NCBI GenBank assembly: GCA_963729625.1 | Contig: CAVSOU010000008.1 | Coordinates: forward strand, 96,001 to 160,000 | Length of the DNA stretch: 64,000 bases | Source: an uncultured bacterium | Lineage (GTDB): Bacteria; Chloroflexota; UBA5177; JANWHV01 | Direction of reading: 5' to 3' | Part shown: one piece after another, positions 8,972-18,322 of the stretch | Position numbering within the stretch: position 1 is the stretch's first letter | How the letters are laid out: each line of letters starts with the position of its first letter | The notes under the pieces: model-generated | What the model was told of the DNA's origin: nothing | The model's input: only the letters and a program-made list of their open reading frames with translations | Database searches by the model: none | Position numbers and translations under genes: made by a program

Positions 8972-11296
8972 ATGAGGTTCACAGACGGCGTCTGGCAGGC
9001 GCGCAGCGGTGTCCGACTACATCAGGCAGTAGAAGCTCGCGAGTGGCGCGTTCAGCCGAAGTCGTTGACTCTTGTTGCCTCGACGCAGCACCTCATCCCG
9101 CGCGCCACTATCGATGACGTGCCGCAGCTCACCGTACGCATTTCCTCACCGCTTCCGGATGTCATCCGCGTGCAGTTCACCCACTTCAGCGGGCAGCGAC
9201 ATCGCGGGCCATCGTTTCGGATCGCCGACGACGACGCCACGGTGGAGACGAGCGAGACCGCCGAGACGCTCGGGCTTCGGAGCGGGAAGCTGGAGGCGGT
9301 AGTCGGCAAGCAGCCGTGGCGTATCAGCTTTCGCTATGATGGCCGGCTTCTTACGGAGAGCGAGCCCGGCAACGAGGCATATATTGTCACGGGAGATGGC
9401 GGAGCATTCGTTCGCGAGCAGCTCGAGCTGGGCGTGGGCGAGTGCGTCTACGGCCTGGGCGAGCACTTCACGTCTTTCGTCAAGAACGGTCAGTCCGTCG
9501 AGACCTGGAATCGCGATGGCGGCACCGGTTCAGACCAAGCCTACAAGAGCGTCCCCATGTACGTGACCAATCGTGGCTATGGCGTCCTCGTCAATCATCC
9601 GGAGAACGTCTCCTTCGAGGTCGCCACGGAGCGCGTCGCGAAGGTGCAATTCAGCGTTCCGGGAGAGAGCCTGGACTACTTCGTGATCGGCGGCTCCGGG
9701 CTCAAGGAGGTGCTTGCGAACTACACTGCCCTGACCGGCCGCCCCGCGCTGCCGCCGGCATGGAGTTTCGGTCTGTGGCTCTCGACCTCATTCACCACCG
9801 ATTACGACGAGGCCACCGTGTCTCACTTTGTCGACGGCATGAGGGAGCGCGACATCCCGCTGAGCGTCTTCCACTTCGACCCGTTCTGGATGAAGGCCTT
9901 CCAGTGGTGCGATCTGGCATGGGATCGCCAGGCGTTCCCCGATCCCGAAGGCATGATCCGGCGGCTCAAGGAGCGCGGACTGCACGTCTGCCTGTGGATC
10001 AATCCCTATATCGCACAGCAGTCACCGCTCTTCGACGAGGGGATGGAGCATGGCTACTTGCTCAAGACGTCGAGCGGCGACGTATGGCAGACCGACCTCT
10101 GGCAGCCGGGCATGGGCATCGTCGATTTCACGAATCCCTCGGCATGTACCTGGTATGCCGATAAGCTGAGTCGACTGGTGGAGATGGGAGTCGACTGTTT
10201 CAAGACTGATTTCGGCGAGCGTATTCCCACCGACGTCGTGTACCACGACGGGTCCGACCCGGTAAAGATGCACAACTACTACACATTCCTCTATAACCAA
10301 CTGGTGTTCTCGGTACTCGAGCGGGCGCACGGCCCGGGCGGAGCCGTGATCTTCGGCCGCTCAGCCACCGTGGGTAGCCAGCGCTTCCCCACGCAATGGG
10401 GCGGCGACAATACGTCTCGGTATGGCTCGATGGCCGAGACCCTGCGTGGCGGTCTCTCATTCGGCCTTTCCGGCTTCGGCTTCTGGAGCCACGATATCGG
10501 CGGCTTCGACGGCACGGCCACGCCGGACCTCTACAAGCGCTGGACTGCCTTTGGCCTCACCTCGAGTCACAGCCGTCTGCACGGCATGCATTCCTATCGC
10601 GTGCCATGGCTCTTCGATGAGGAGTGCGTGGACGTGCTTCGCCATTTCGCCAAGCTCAAGTGCCGGCTGATGCCGTATCTCTATGCCGCTGCGGTGGAGG
10701 CCTCTCAGTGCGGCCTGCCGGTGTTGCGCGCGATGATCCTCGAGTTCGAGCACGATCCGGCCTGCGACTATCTCGACCGCCAATACATGCTGGGAGGCTC
10801 GTTGCTCGTGGCTCCGGTCTTCGCGCCCGACGGCACCGTATCGTTCTACCTTCCGAACGGCGACTGGACGAACATCTTCACCGGCGAGCGCGTGCAGGGA
10901 GACTCCTGGCGACACGAGCAGCATGGCTACCGCAGCCTCCCGCTCTACGCGCGCCCCGGCAGTATCGTGGCCCTCGGCAATGTCGACGACTCGCCTGACT
11001 ACGATTTCGCGTCGGGTGTCGAGATGCACCTGTTCGCCCTGGGAGAAGGCGCCGAGGCAGTTTCTACCGTGTACAGTCCCGCGGGCGCGAGGGAACTGCA
11101 CGTGACCTGCATGCGTGCCGGGGACAGAATCACGGTCGAGGCGACAGGGGCTGGAAAGCCGTGGACGCTCATCTTGCACGGCGCGCCTCCGGTTGTCGCC
11201 GTCCAGGGTGCCGAACATGAACCGCACGCGGGCGAGGTGAGGATCCTGCCACACGTCGGAGCGAGTCGCATCGAGGTTGAAGTCGCCGCACAGTAG
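8972..11296 (+). CDS. yicI: Alpha-xylosidase (GH31)
   Basis: MRFTDGVW start, YGLGEHF, PAWSFGLWLSTSFTTDYDE, catalytic CFKTDFGERIP, FWSHDIGGF, SHSRLHG. Confidence 0.93.
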   Translation: MRFTDGVWQARSGVRLHQAVEAREWRVQPKSLTLVASTQHLIPRATIDDVPQLTVRISSPLPDVIRVQFTHFSGQRHRGPSFRIADDDATVETSETAETLGLRSGKLEAVVGKQPWRISFRYDGRLLTESEPGNEAYIVTGDGGAFVREQLELGVGECVYGLGEHFTSFVKNGQSVETWNRDGGTGSDQAYKSVPMYVTNRGYGVLVNHPENVSFEVATERVAKVQFSVPGESLDYFVIGGSGLKEVLANYTALTGRPALPPAWSFGLWLSTSFTTDYDEATVSHFVDGMRERDIPLSVFHFDPFWMKAFQWCDLAWDRQAFPDPEGMIRRLKERGLHVCLWINPYIAQQSPLFDEGMEHGYLLKTSSGDVWQTDLWQPGMGIVDFTNPSACTWYADKLSRLVEMGVDCFKTDFGERIPTDVVYHDGSDPVKMHNYYTFLYNQLVFSVLERAHGPGGAVIFGRSATVGSQRFPTQWGGDNTSRYGSMAETLRGGLSFGLSGFGFWSHDIGGFDGTATPDLYKRWTAFGLTSSHSRLHGMHSYRVPWLFDEECVDVLRHFAKLKCRLMPYLYAAAVEASQCGLPVLRAMILEFEHDPACDYLDRQYMLGGSLLVAPVFAPDGTVSFYLPNGDWTNIFTGERVQGDSWRHEQHGYRSLPLYARPGSIVALGNVDDSPDYDFASGVEMHLFALGEGAEAVSTVYSPAGARELHVTCMRAGDRITVEATGAGKPWTLILHGAPPVVAVQGAEHEPHAGEVRILPHVGASRIEVEVAAQ

Positions 11297-11298
11297 CC

Positions 11299-11327
11299 TT
11301 GACAGCCGAACGCATTCAGCCTAAACT
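11299..11327 (+). promoter_or_regulatory. Sigma70-type promoter of the mntR-mntH operon
   Basis: TTGACA (11299-11304), 17 bp, TAAACT (11322-11327). Confidence 0.8.
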
Positions 11328-11330
11328 ATG

Positions 11331-11348
11331 AGTTAGTTAAGGCTAACT
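11331..11348. promoter_or_regulatory. DtxR/MntR-type operator
   Basis: AGTTAG-TTAAGG-CTAACT inverted repeat (TTAG-N6-CTAA) over the expected transcription start. Confidence 0.8.
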
Positions 11349-11400
11349 TAGGATCTGGTGACCTACTTGTGAGGCCACGAGCGGCTGATAGGCGGATTTT

Positions 11401-12102
11401 GTGCACGAGAAGTTGACTCCGGCGATGGAGGACTACCTGCGGGAGGCCTATCGTCTGCGCGAGCGCGGCGAGGAGATCACGGTGCAGGCGCTCGCACAGG
11501 CGCTTGCCGTGACGCCGCCAAGTGTGACCGGGATGGTGAAGCGACTCGCGGGCTTGGGCCTGCTCGCCCACCAGCGCTATCAAGCGCTTGTGTTGACGGC
11601 CGGCGGCGAGGCAGTCGCGTTGGAGGTAGTGCGTCACCATCGCCTGCTCGAGCTCTACCTGGCGGAGTTTCTGGACATGCCCTGGGAGGACGTGCATGCG
11701 GAGGCGGATCGTCTGGAACATCACATCAGTGAAAGCCTCGAGGAACGTATCGCGGAGCGACTCGGCCAGCCATCGTTCGACCCGCACGGCGATCCGATTC
11801 CCAGCCGGGATCTGGTGATGCCGAGTCGGGAGCTGACCCGGCTAACGGACGTTGTTCGCGGCACCGCGGGCCGCGTCGCGCGCGTCGAGCAGCAGGAACC
11901 GGCCGTCCTGCACTACTTGAATACGCTGGGATTGGTACCGGGCGCGATCGTGACCCCAATCGCCGTCAGTCCTGACGGCGTGGTAACCGTGCGTGTCGGG
12001 CCGCCCGCTGCGAGCGGTGGTACGACTCACGCCCTGGGCGAGAAGCTCGCGACCCACATCATGGTGTCGCGAGTGGGGGCGACAGCGGAGGTGGCCGTAT
12101 GA
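11401..12102 (+). CDS. mntR: DtxR/MntR-family metal-dependent regulator with FeoA/SH3-like C-terminal domain
   Basis: MEDYLREAY, PPSVTGMVKRL, RHHRLLELYL, EADRLEHHIS, DPHGDPIP. Confidence 0.92.
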   Translation: MHEKLTPAMEDYLREAYRLRERGEEITVQALAQALAVTPPSVTGMVKRLAGLGLLAHQRYQALVLTAGGEAVALEVVRHHRLLELYLAEFLDMPWEDVHAEADRLEHHISESLEERIAERLGQPSFDPHGDPIPSRDLVMPSRELTRLTDVVRGTAGRVARVEQQEPAVLHYLNTLGLVPGAIVTPIAVSPDGVVTVRVGPPAASGGTTHALGEKLATHIMVSRVGATAEVAV

Positions 12103-12238
12103 GCCGCGCGACCGGTGACGCCGGCCTGGTGCAAGCCGGTCTGCCCACCACGGTATCCCGGCGAAACCGGGCAGCTTGTGGTCTCAGGCTGCGCGAGCCA
12201 TGCGGGCGTCACGGGCATGTGGTTTGGAGCGCCCGTCT

Positions 12239-13570
12239 ATGAGAGACTATCGGACCGGACCGGCCGCGGACGTCCCGGTCGAGGGACGTGCGGCGGACGC
12301 CGGCCTCCACACCGCTGGGCGCGCCGCCCTGGAGGGGCGCCTGCGCGGACTGGCGGCGATCCTGCCATTCTTCGGACCGGCCTTCGTCGCCTGCGTGGCC
12401 TACATCGATCCGGGCAATTTCGCCACCAATATCCAGGGCGGAAGCCAGTTTGGCTACAACCTGCTGTGGGTCGTCCTGCTGGCGAATCTGATGGCCATGC
12501 TCATACAGACTCTGTCGGCCAAGCTCGGCATTGCTACCGGGCAAAATCTGGCGGAGGTCTGCCGCAGGCACTTCCCCGCGCCGATCGTGTACGGCATGTG
12601 GCTGCTCTCCGAAGTGGCGGCCATGGCCACCGATCTGGCGGAATTTCTGGGCGCCAGCCTCGGCCTCAACCTCTTGCTCCACATCCCGCTGCTGCCTGCC
12701 ACTATCCTGACGGGCTTCGCCACGTTTGGCATCTTGCTGCTCCAGCGGTATGGCGTGCGGCCGCTTGAGGCCGTGATCGCCGGTTTGGTCGGCATCATTG
12801 CCGTCAGCTACGTGATTGAGACCCTGATCTCGCGACCAGACTGGGGCCAGGTCGCCAAGCATTCTGTCGTTCCCTGGATAGGCCACGGCAGCATGCTGGT
12901 GTCGGTCGGCATCATCGGCGCCACGATCATGCCCCACGTCGTCTACCTGCACTCGGCGCTCATGCAGAATCGTATCGTGCCGCGCAGCGAGGCCGAAGCC
13001 AAGCGCCTGTTCCGCTTCACCATTCCCGATATCGTAGTGGCAATGAGCCTGGCGGGCATTATCAACATGGCGATGCTCTACATGGCTGCGTCAACCTTCC
13101 ATGCGCACGGCTTCACGACTATCGCGGACATCCCAAGTGCGTACAAGACCCTCACCCCCCTGCTTGGCAGCGGAGCCAGCTTCATCTTCGCCATCTCCCT
13201 GCTCGCCGCGGGGCTCTCCAGCTCAACCGTGGGCACGATGGCCGGTCAGGTGATTATGCAGGGATTCGTCGGCTTCACGATTCCCGTGTGGATACGTCGT
13301 CTGGTCACGATGTGCCCGGCTGTCGTGATCGTGGCGCTCGGCATCAACCCCACGCAGTCGCTGGTGATCAGCCAGGTGGTGTTGAGCCTGGTGTTGCCTT
13401 TGCCGGTCGTCGCGCTCGTCTACTTCACGCGGCGGCGTGACGTCATGGGCACGCTGGTCAATCGGCGTCATACGACAATTCTGGCAGGCGTCTGCGCTAC
13501 GGTAATCCTGCTGCTGAACATCTTGCTGCTTTACCAAACGGCAGGCGGATCGATTCCCGGCCTGAGCTAG
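12239..13570 (+). CDS. mntH: Nramp-family Mn2+/Fe2+ transporter
   Basis: AYIDPGNFATN, GATIMPHVVYLHS, TMAGQVIMQGF, SQVVLS. Confidence 0.95.
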   Translation: MRDYRTGPAADVPVEGRAADAGLHTAGRAALEGRLRGLAAILPFFGPAFVACVAYIDPGNFATNIQGGSQFGYNLLWVVLLANLMAMLIQTLSAKLGIATGQNLAEVCRRHFPAPIVYGMWLLSEVAAMATDLAEFLGASLGLNLLLHIPLLPATILTGFATFGILLLQRYGVRPLEAVIAGLVGIIAVSYVIETLISRPDWGQVAKHSVVPWIGHGSMLVSVGIIGATIMPHVVYLHSALMQNRIVPRSEAEAKRLFRFTIPDIVVAMSLAGIINMAMLYMAASTFHAHGFTTIADIPSAYKTLTPLLGSGASFIFAISLLAAGLSSSTVGTMAGQVIMQGFVGFTIPVWIRRLVTMCPAVVIVALGINPTQSLVISQVVLSLVLPLPVVALVYFTRRRDVMGTLVNRRHTTILAGVCATVILLLNILLLYQTAGGSIPGLS

Positions 13571-13588
13571 CTTCGGAGGAGCACCGAC

Positions 13589-14485
13589 ATGTTTACTCGC
13601 CTCTTGGTCCCGCTGGATGGCTCTCGGATGGCCGAGACCGCGTTGCCTATCGTCGAGCGGCTTGCGACTATCGACGACGCTTCGGTCACCCTGCTCCACG
13701 TCATCGAACGCGGCGCGCCGGCCACCGTGCACGGAGACCGCCACCTAAAGGCGATCGACGAGGCCAACGCGTATCTCGACGGTATTGCCGCCGGCCTGAG
13801 GGCGCACGGCATTCAGGTAGCCCAGCACACGCACGAAGTGCCCCAGGGTAACGTCGCGCGAAGTATTGCGGACCACTCCGAAGAAGGGCACGCCGACCTG
13901 ATCGTGCTCTGCACGCACGGCCACAGTCGCATGAAGGAACTCGTATACGGCTCGATCGCCCAGCAGGTCCTGCGCTGCGGCAGCACACCCGTTCTGCTGG
14001 CACGCCCGGCGGAGAGTGGCCTGCCGCCGCCCTTTGCTCCACATACGGTGCTCGTGCCGCTCGACGCGACCGCCGCGGCCGAGGCTGCCCTGGCGCCCGC
14101 GCAGTACCTTGCGCAGGCCCTGCACGCGTGCATGCACCTGGTGCTGGTCGTCTCGACACAGGATCGCGAGCGACGTCCGGCGGCTACCCTGCTGCCGAGG
14201 ACGAGTCAGGCGATCCTGGACATGGAGCAACACGAAGCCGCCGAGTATCTCGAGCGACTGGCAACGACGCTGCGCGCGCTGGATCTGCCGGTCACGACGG
14301 AGGTGCGACGGGGGTCCGCGGCGAGCGCGCTGGCGGACGAGGCAGGAGAGCCGGGTGTGGGCCTGGTCGTGGCGGCCACACATGGCCGCAGCGGCCTGCA
14401 AGCAGTCTGGGCCGCCAGCGTGACAGCGCGCCTCCTGGCCCGGACGCATGCGCCGATCTTGCTCCTGCGCAGAATCGACGCGTGA
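13589..14485 (+). CDS. Universal stress protein (two USP domains)
   Basis: LLVPLDGS...DLIVLCTHG..GSIAQQVLR..PVLL, then VLVPLD...ATHGRSG..SVTARLL..PILL. Confidence 0.92.
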   Translation: MFTRLLVPLDGSRMAETALPIVERLATIDDASVTLLHVIERGAPATVHGDRHLKAIDEANAYLDGIAAGLRAHGIQVAQHTHEVPQGNVARSIADHSEEGHADLIVLCTHGHSRMKELVYGSIAQQVLRCGSTPVLLARPAESGLPPPFAPHTVLVPLDATAAAEAALAPAQYLAQALHACMHLVLVVSTQDRERRPAATLLPRTSQAILDMEQHEAAEYLERLATTLRALDLPVTTEVRRGSAASALADEAGEPGVGLVVAATHGRSGLQAVWAASVTARLLARTHAPILLLRRIDA

Positions 14486-14514
14486 CACCCACCGACCTCC
14501 CCGAGCCCACCTAA

Positions 14515-14772
14515 GTGAGGCACGACGAAGGCCCGTCCGTGACCGCTGACGGCATGCCGATGTTCTACGCGCCCGACCGCCGGACGTGGCGTACATGGCT
14601 GGACGATCAGCACGCGTCTGCGCGAGGCGTCTGGCTCGTGTGCTACAAGAAGGGCACCGCCGGGCCGTGTGTGGACTACGCGGACGCGGTGGAGGAGGCG
14701 CTTTGCTTTGGTTGGATCGATAGTTATAGTAGATCCGGTGTGTCTCGGCAAAGGCAAGCGACCGCCGGCTGA
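14515..14772 (+). pseudogene. Truncated YdeI/OmpD-associated family fragment
   Basis: WRTWL..H....GVWLVCYKKG....YADAVEEALCFGWIDS matches the family N-terminus; similarity stops at about 14723 and the remaining half is absent. Confidence 0.75.
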
Positions 14773-14855
14773 GCGTGCCCGGGCCGCCCTGCCTCAGTCG
14801 ACGATTGGACGTGATCGCGCACTGGCCGCGTGACTGTGCTAAGGAAAGTGGGTCG

Positions 14856-15779
14856 ATGGTTTTCCAAGAGAGTACGATCCTGGTCATCGGCAGCCTCAAT
14901 CTGGATCTCTCCATTCGCTGTCCCCATCTGCCGGCCCCAGGTGAGACGATACTTGGCGGTCCGCTCATAGAATCGCCGGGCGGGAAGGGCGGCAATCAGG
15001 CAGTCGCCGCCGGTCGCTTGGGCGGCAAGGTAGCCATGATCGGCTGCCTTGGCGCGGACGATTACGGGCGCGGCTTGCGAAACAAGCTCATCGCCTCCAA
15101 CGTGGCCGTTGAGTGTGTACTGGAGCGTGGGCCACGCAGCGGCGTTGCTCTTATCCAGGTGGGTGACGATGGCGAGAACAGCATCGTCGTGGTGCCCGGC
15201 GCCAACGCGCTTGTCGAACCCGCGGATGTACTGCGCGCGGTGGACCGCGCCCCCGGAGCGCGGCTGATGCTCTTGCAGCTCGAGATCCCTCTCGGCACGG
15301 TGGAGGAAGCTGCCAGACTCGGTAGGGCACGCGGTATCACCGTGCTCCTGGATCCCGCACCGGCACAACCCTTGTCCGACTCGCTGCTGGCACATATCGA
15401 CGTGCTCCTGCCAAATGAGCACGAGGCAGCAGTGCTCGCCGGCCTGACCAACGATGGCCCGGATCAAGCCCTCGAGGCCGCGCGGCGCCTGCAGGCGCGT
15501 GGACCGCGGACGGTGCTCGTCAAGCTGGGATCCCGCGGCGTGCTGCTCGTCGACGGCGCCGAGGCGCAGCATTTTGCCGGCCGGAAGGTCACCGCCGTTG
15601 ACACTACCGCTGCCGGAGACAGCCTCGCCGGCGCGCTTGCCGTCGCTCTGGACGAAGGCATGCCGCTGCCCAAAGCGGTAGCATTCGCCAACGTGGCCGC
15701 TGCACTATCCACGACCAGGCCTGGCGCGCAGGACTCAATGCCCGATCGGTCCGAAGTGGATCGGGCAATGCAAAGGTAG
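14856..15779 (+). CDS. rbsK: Ribokinase (PfkB family)
   Basis: VIGSLNLDL, PGGKGGNQAVAA, GENSIVVVPGAN, LLQLEIP, PNEHEA, VDTTAAGD, GAQDSMP. Confidence 0.93.
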   Translation: MVFQESTILVIGSLNLDLSIRCPHLPAPGETILGGPLIESPGGKGGNQAVAAGRLGGKVAMIGCLGADDYGRGLRNKLIASNVAVECVLERGPRSGVALIQVGDDGENSIVVVPGANALVEPADVLRAVDRAPGARLMLLQLEIPLGTVEEAARLGRARGITVLLDPAPAQPLSDSLLAHIDVLLPNEHEAAVLAGLTNDGPDQALEAARRLQARGPRTVLVKLGSRGVLLVDGAEAQHFAGRKVTAVDTTAAGDSLAGALAVALDEGMPLPKAVAFANVAAALSTTRPGAQDSMPDRSEVDRAMQR

Positions 15780-15923
15780 CGTCATTTATTGCTCGTCGAG
15801 GATCGGACCGCCGTCCGTACCTGCCGGTCAGCGCCGTAGTCTGCTGACGAATCCGCACGCCGATCATCCCGTATGTTGCCTGCTGCATCGGGCTCCCGAG
15901 CCGGGCAGCCTGCGGCTCGGCAA

Positions 15924-16406
15924 TCAGGACAATCGCTTCTCGAACCAGTGGTGAGCATAGGGCTCGTCGTTGAACGCCTCGACCTCGCGGTAGCCACTGC
16001 TGCCGTAGAGTGCGATGGCCTCGCTCAAGACCCGATTCGTCTCGAGGCGCAGCACTTCCACGCCGGTGTCCCGCGCGTGACGCTCCAACTCCTGCAGGAG
16101 CCGCCGGCCGAGACCGAGACCACGTGCCTCCGGCGCCACCCACATCCGCTTCAGCTCGGCGGGCGCCCCAGGGTGAAACTTAAGTGCCCCGCAGCCGACC
16201 GGCCGCGCGTGCAGGCGGGCGACGAGCAACGCGCCGGCGGGCGGCGTCAGGTCGCGCTCGTCGGCGGAAATGCTGAGCGATGGGTCGAAGCCGGCTTCGA
16301 AGCGCGCGTTGAGCTCGGAGAAGTACTGTGCGATGCACCAGAGGGCATCGGGCGACGTCGGCTTCTCGATCGCGAAGCACACCTGCTGTATCGATAGATC
16401 GTCCAT
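15924..16406 (-). CDS. GNAT-family N-acetyltransferase
   Basis: VGCGALK, ELKRMWVAPEARGLGLGRRLL, LRLETN, AIALY. Confidence 0.9.
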   Translation of the reverse strand: MDDLSIQQVCFAIEKPTSPDALWCIAQYFSELNARFEAGFDPSLSISADERDLTPPAGALLVARLHARPVGCGALKFHPGAPAELKRMWVAPEARGLGLGRRLLQELERHARDTGVEVLRLETNRVLSEAIALYGSSGYREVEAFNDEPYAHHWFEKRLS

Positions 16407-16483
16407 TTATTCGATCATAGTCATGGAAATCCGTGAGGGCCAGCGTCATCCCACGCCGCGGCGGCTTTCGCGCGGTAGACAAC

Positions 16484-16519
16484 CGTGAGCCACCTTCCGA
16501 ACCCGGAAGGTGGCTCACG
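16484..16519. terminator. Strong hairpin downstream of the SBP gene (terminator or mRNA stabiliser)
   Basis: CGTGAGCCACCTTCCG-AACC-CGGAAGGTGGCTCACG: perfect 16-bp stem, 4-nt loop, no clear U-tract. Confidence 0.65.
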
Positions 16520-16580
16520 CCCTGCGTATCAGCTTGCCGCCCACAAGCATCCGGCCTGGCGGACGCCGCCGACGCGGTGC

Positions 16581-18068
16581 TTACTTAGCCCAGGATTCGC
16601 TCTTCCATTGCGGGTTCTGCTGAATTTGGTAGTTCGCGGCCTGGACCCAGGCAGTCTGCAGGGCGTCCAGGGTCTTGCTCAGGCTGGATGAGCCAAGCAG
16701 GTAGCCGGGAACGACTTGCATGAACTGCGCCAGCTCCGTTGGCGACATGTTGAACAGATTGAGCGGACCTGTGATCGCCTGCACCCCCCACTGGCCAGTG
16801 GCAAAGGCGGCAATAGCCGGGATCGGCTTGACCGTCTCGACCGACGGCTGGGCGGACGTCGCGGCGATCCAGGGCTGGGCATACTTCGGCGCCGTGACGA
16901 ACTGCAAGAACTTTATCGCGTAGGCCAGCTTGTCGCCGGTGGTGGTCGCCGGGATCATGTAGCTCGTCCCGCCTGCCGAAACGCCGTACTGGGACGGAAA
17001 GTTCGTGGACAGTGGAGTCGTCGCCTTGGTGATGGTTGGGAAGGCCATGCTGCCGACCTGGAAGGGCACGTGCGCGGCCTGGATAGCGCTGTACCCGAAG
17101 TCGCCGCCCCACATCATCGCCGCCTTACCGGCGGTAAAGTCGGGGATATCCACGCCCAGGCCGGAGAGTCCCTTGACGCCCGACCAACCGGGAGTTACCG
17201 ACGTATCGAAGAGTTCCTTGAGCAACGTCATCGACTCCGAAAATTCCGGCAGGTGCGCGATATCCACGCCCATCTTGAGCACGCGAACGTAGTCTTCAAG
17301 TGTCAGAATCTGGGCCTTTCCACGCTGCCCGGATTGCAGGTACACATTCCAGGAGTCGAAGTGCTTGGCCAGCATGCTGTTGACGATCACCAGCCACGTC
17401 CAGCCGTAGCCGAGAACGGATCCGTCCATGGCCAGCGGCACATACCCGGCGGCCTTGAGCTTCTTGGCGGCGACGCGCCAGTCCTCCCAGGTGCGGAGCG
17501 GCGCCTGCACCCCTGCCTTGGCGAACGCTTGCTTGTTGTAGTACAGGCCCAGGTCAAAGAAGTTGAAAGGAACGTATTCCCAGTTACCCAGGGTATCTTG
17601 CTGGGCCGCGTTGAAGGCGCGATGGTCGAACCAGTCATACCAGGTAGCACGGCCCGGCGCATATGGATTGGGCGCCATCAGGTACTTGTTCAAGGGAACT
17701 ATCTGGGCCGGCTTGGAGCTCGTCTGCTGGAAGATCAGCTCGGGGGCGCTGCCGGCCTGCAGCAGAGTCGCTTCCGTTTGAGCGAAGGACGAGAGCGGCA
17801 GCACATTAGTCTTGAGCGTCACGCCGGGATTGGCCGCCTCGAATGCGGCCACCAGTTGTTCCCACGGCGGTCCAAAGCTCGTCCCACTCGTAGTCCACTG
17901 GTTAGGCCCCGCCAGAGTAATGGTCACGCTCACCTTGGGAGCGGCGGCACGCGTTCGCGGTGCCTGCCATGCGGGAACCGCGGACATGCCGAGAGCAAGG
18001 AGACATAGCACGGTCAAGGAGCGGGCACGCGGGCGGAGTGGCAACCGCCATATTGGACTACTGATCAT
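16581..18068 (-). CDS. ABC transporter extracellular solute-binding protein
   Basis: Signal peptide ending TRAAA; AFEAANPGVTL, YVPF....LYYNKQAFAKAGV..P.TWED, FTAGKAAM, AIKFLQF. Start uncertain (18068 or 18158). Confidence 0.88.
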   Translation of the reverse strand: MISSPIWRLPLRPRARSLTVLCLLALGMSAVPAWQAPRTRAAAPKVSVTITLAGPNQWTTSGTSFGPPWEQLVAAFEAANPGVTLKTNVLPLSSFAQTEATLLQAGSAPELIFQQTSSKPAQIVPLNKYLMAPNPYAPGRATWYDWFDHRAFNAAQQDTLGNWEYVPFNFFDLGLYYNKQAFAKAGVQAPLRTWEDWRVAAKKLKAAGYVPLAMDGSVLGYGWTWLVIVNSMLAKHFDSWNVYLQSGQRGKAQILTLEDYVRVLKMGVDIAHLPEFSESMTLLKELFDTSVTPGWSGVKGLSGLGVDIPDFTAGKAAMMWGGDFGYSAIQAAHVPFQVGSMAFPTITKATTPLSTNFPSQYGVSAGGTSYMIPATTTGDKLAYAIKFLQFVTAPKYAQPWIAATSAQPSVETVKPIPAIAAFATGQWGVQAITGPLNLFNMSPTELAQFMQVVPGYLLGSSSLSKTLDALQTAWVQAANYQIQQNPQWKSESWAK

Positions 18069-18322
18069 CGCCTTGAAGCCCTTTCTGAGGTGTGGTGTCT
18101 GCACCGTTGCATCCACGTTGAGCCGATGGGAAGGCAGCGCGAGCGGGTCCGGGTCCAACCTCCTTTCAGCGCCCCAAACGCTCGATCTCTGATCGGGCGG
18201 AGCAGCGACAGTCTCTGATCTGACGCCGCACCGCGGAGCGCGCCAGCCGGCTTGCAGAAGCTGGTTTCCAGAGCCCCAGCGTTATGGCCGGCAGTTGCCT
18301 ACGGCAGGATCTTCGAGGCATC

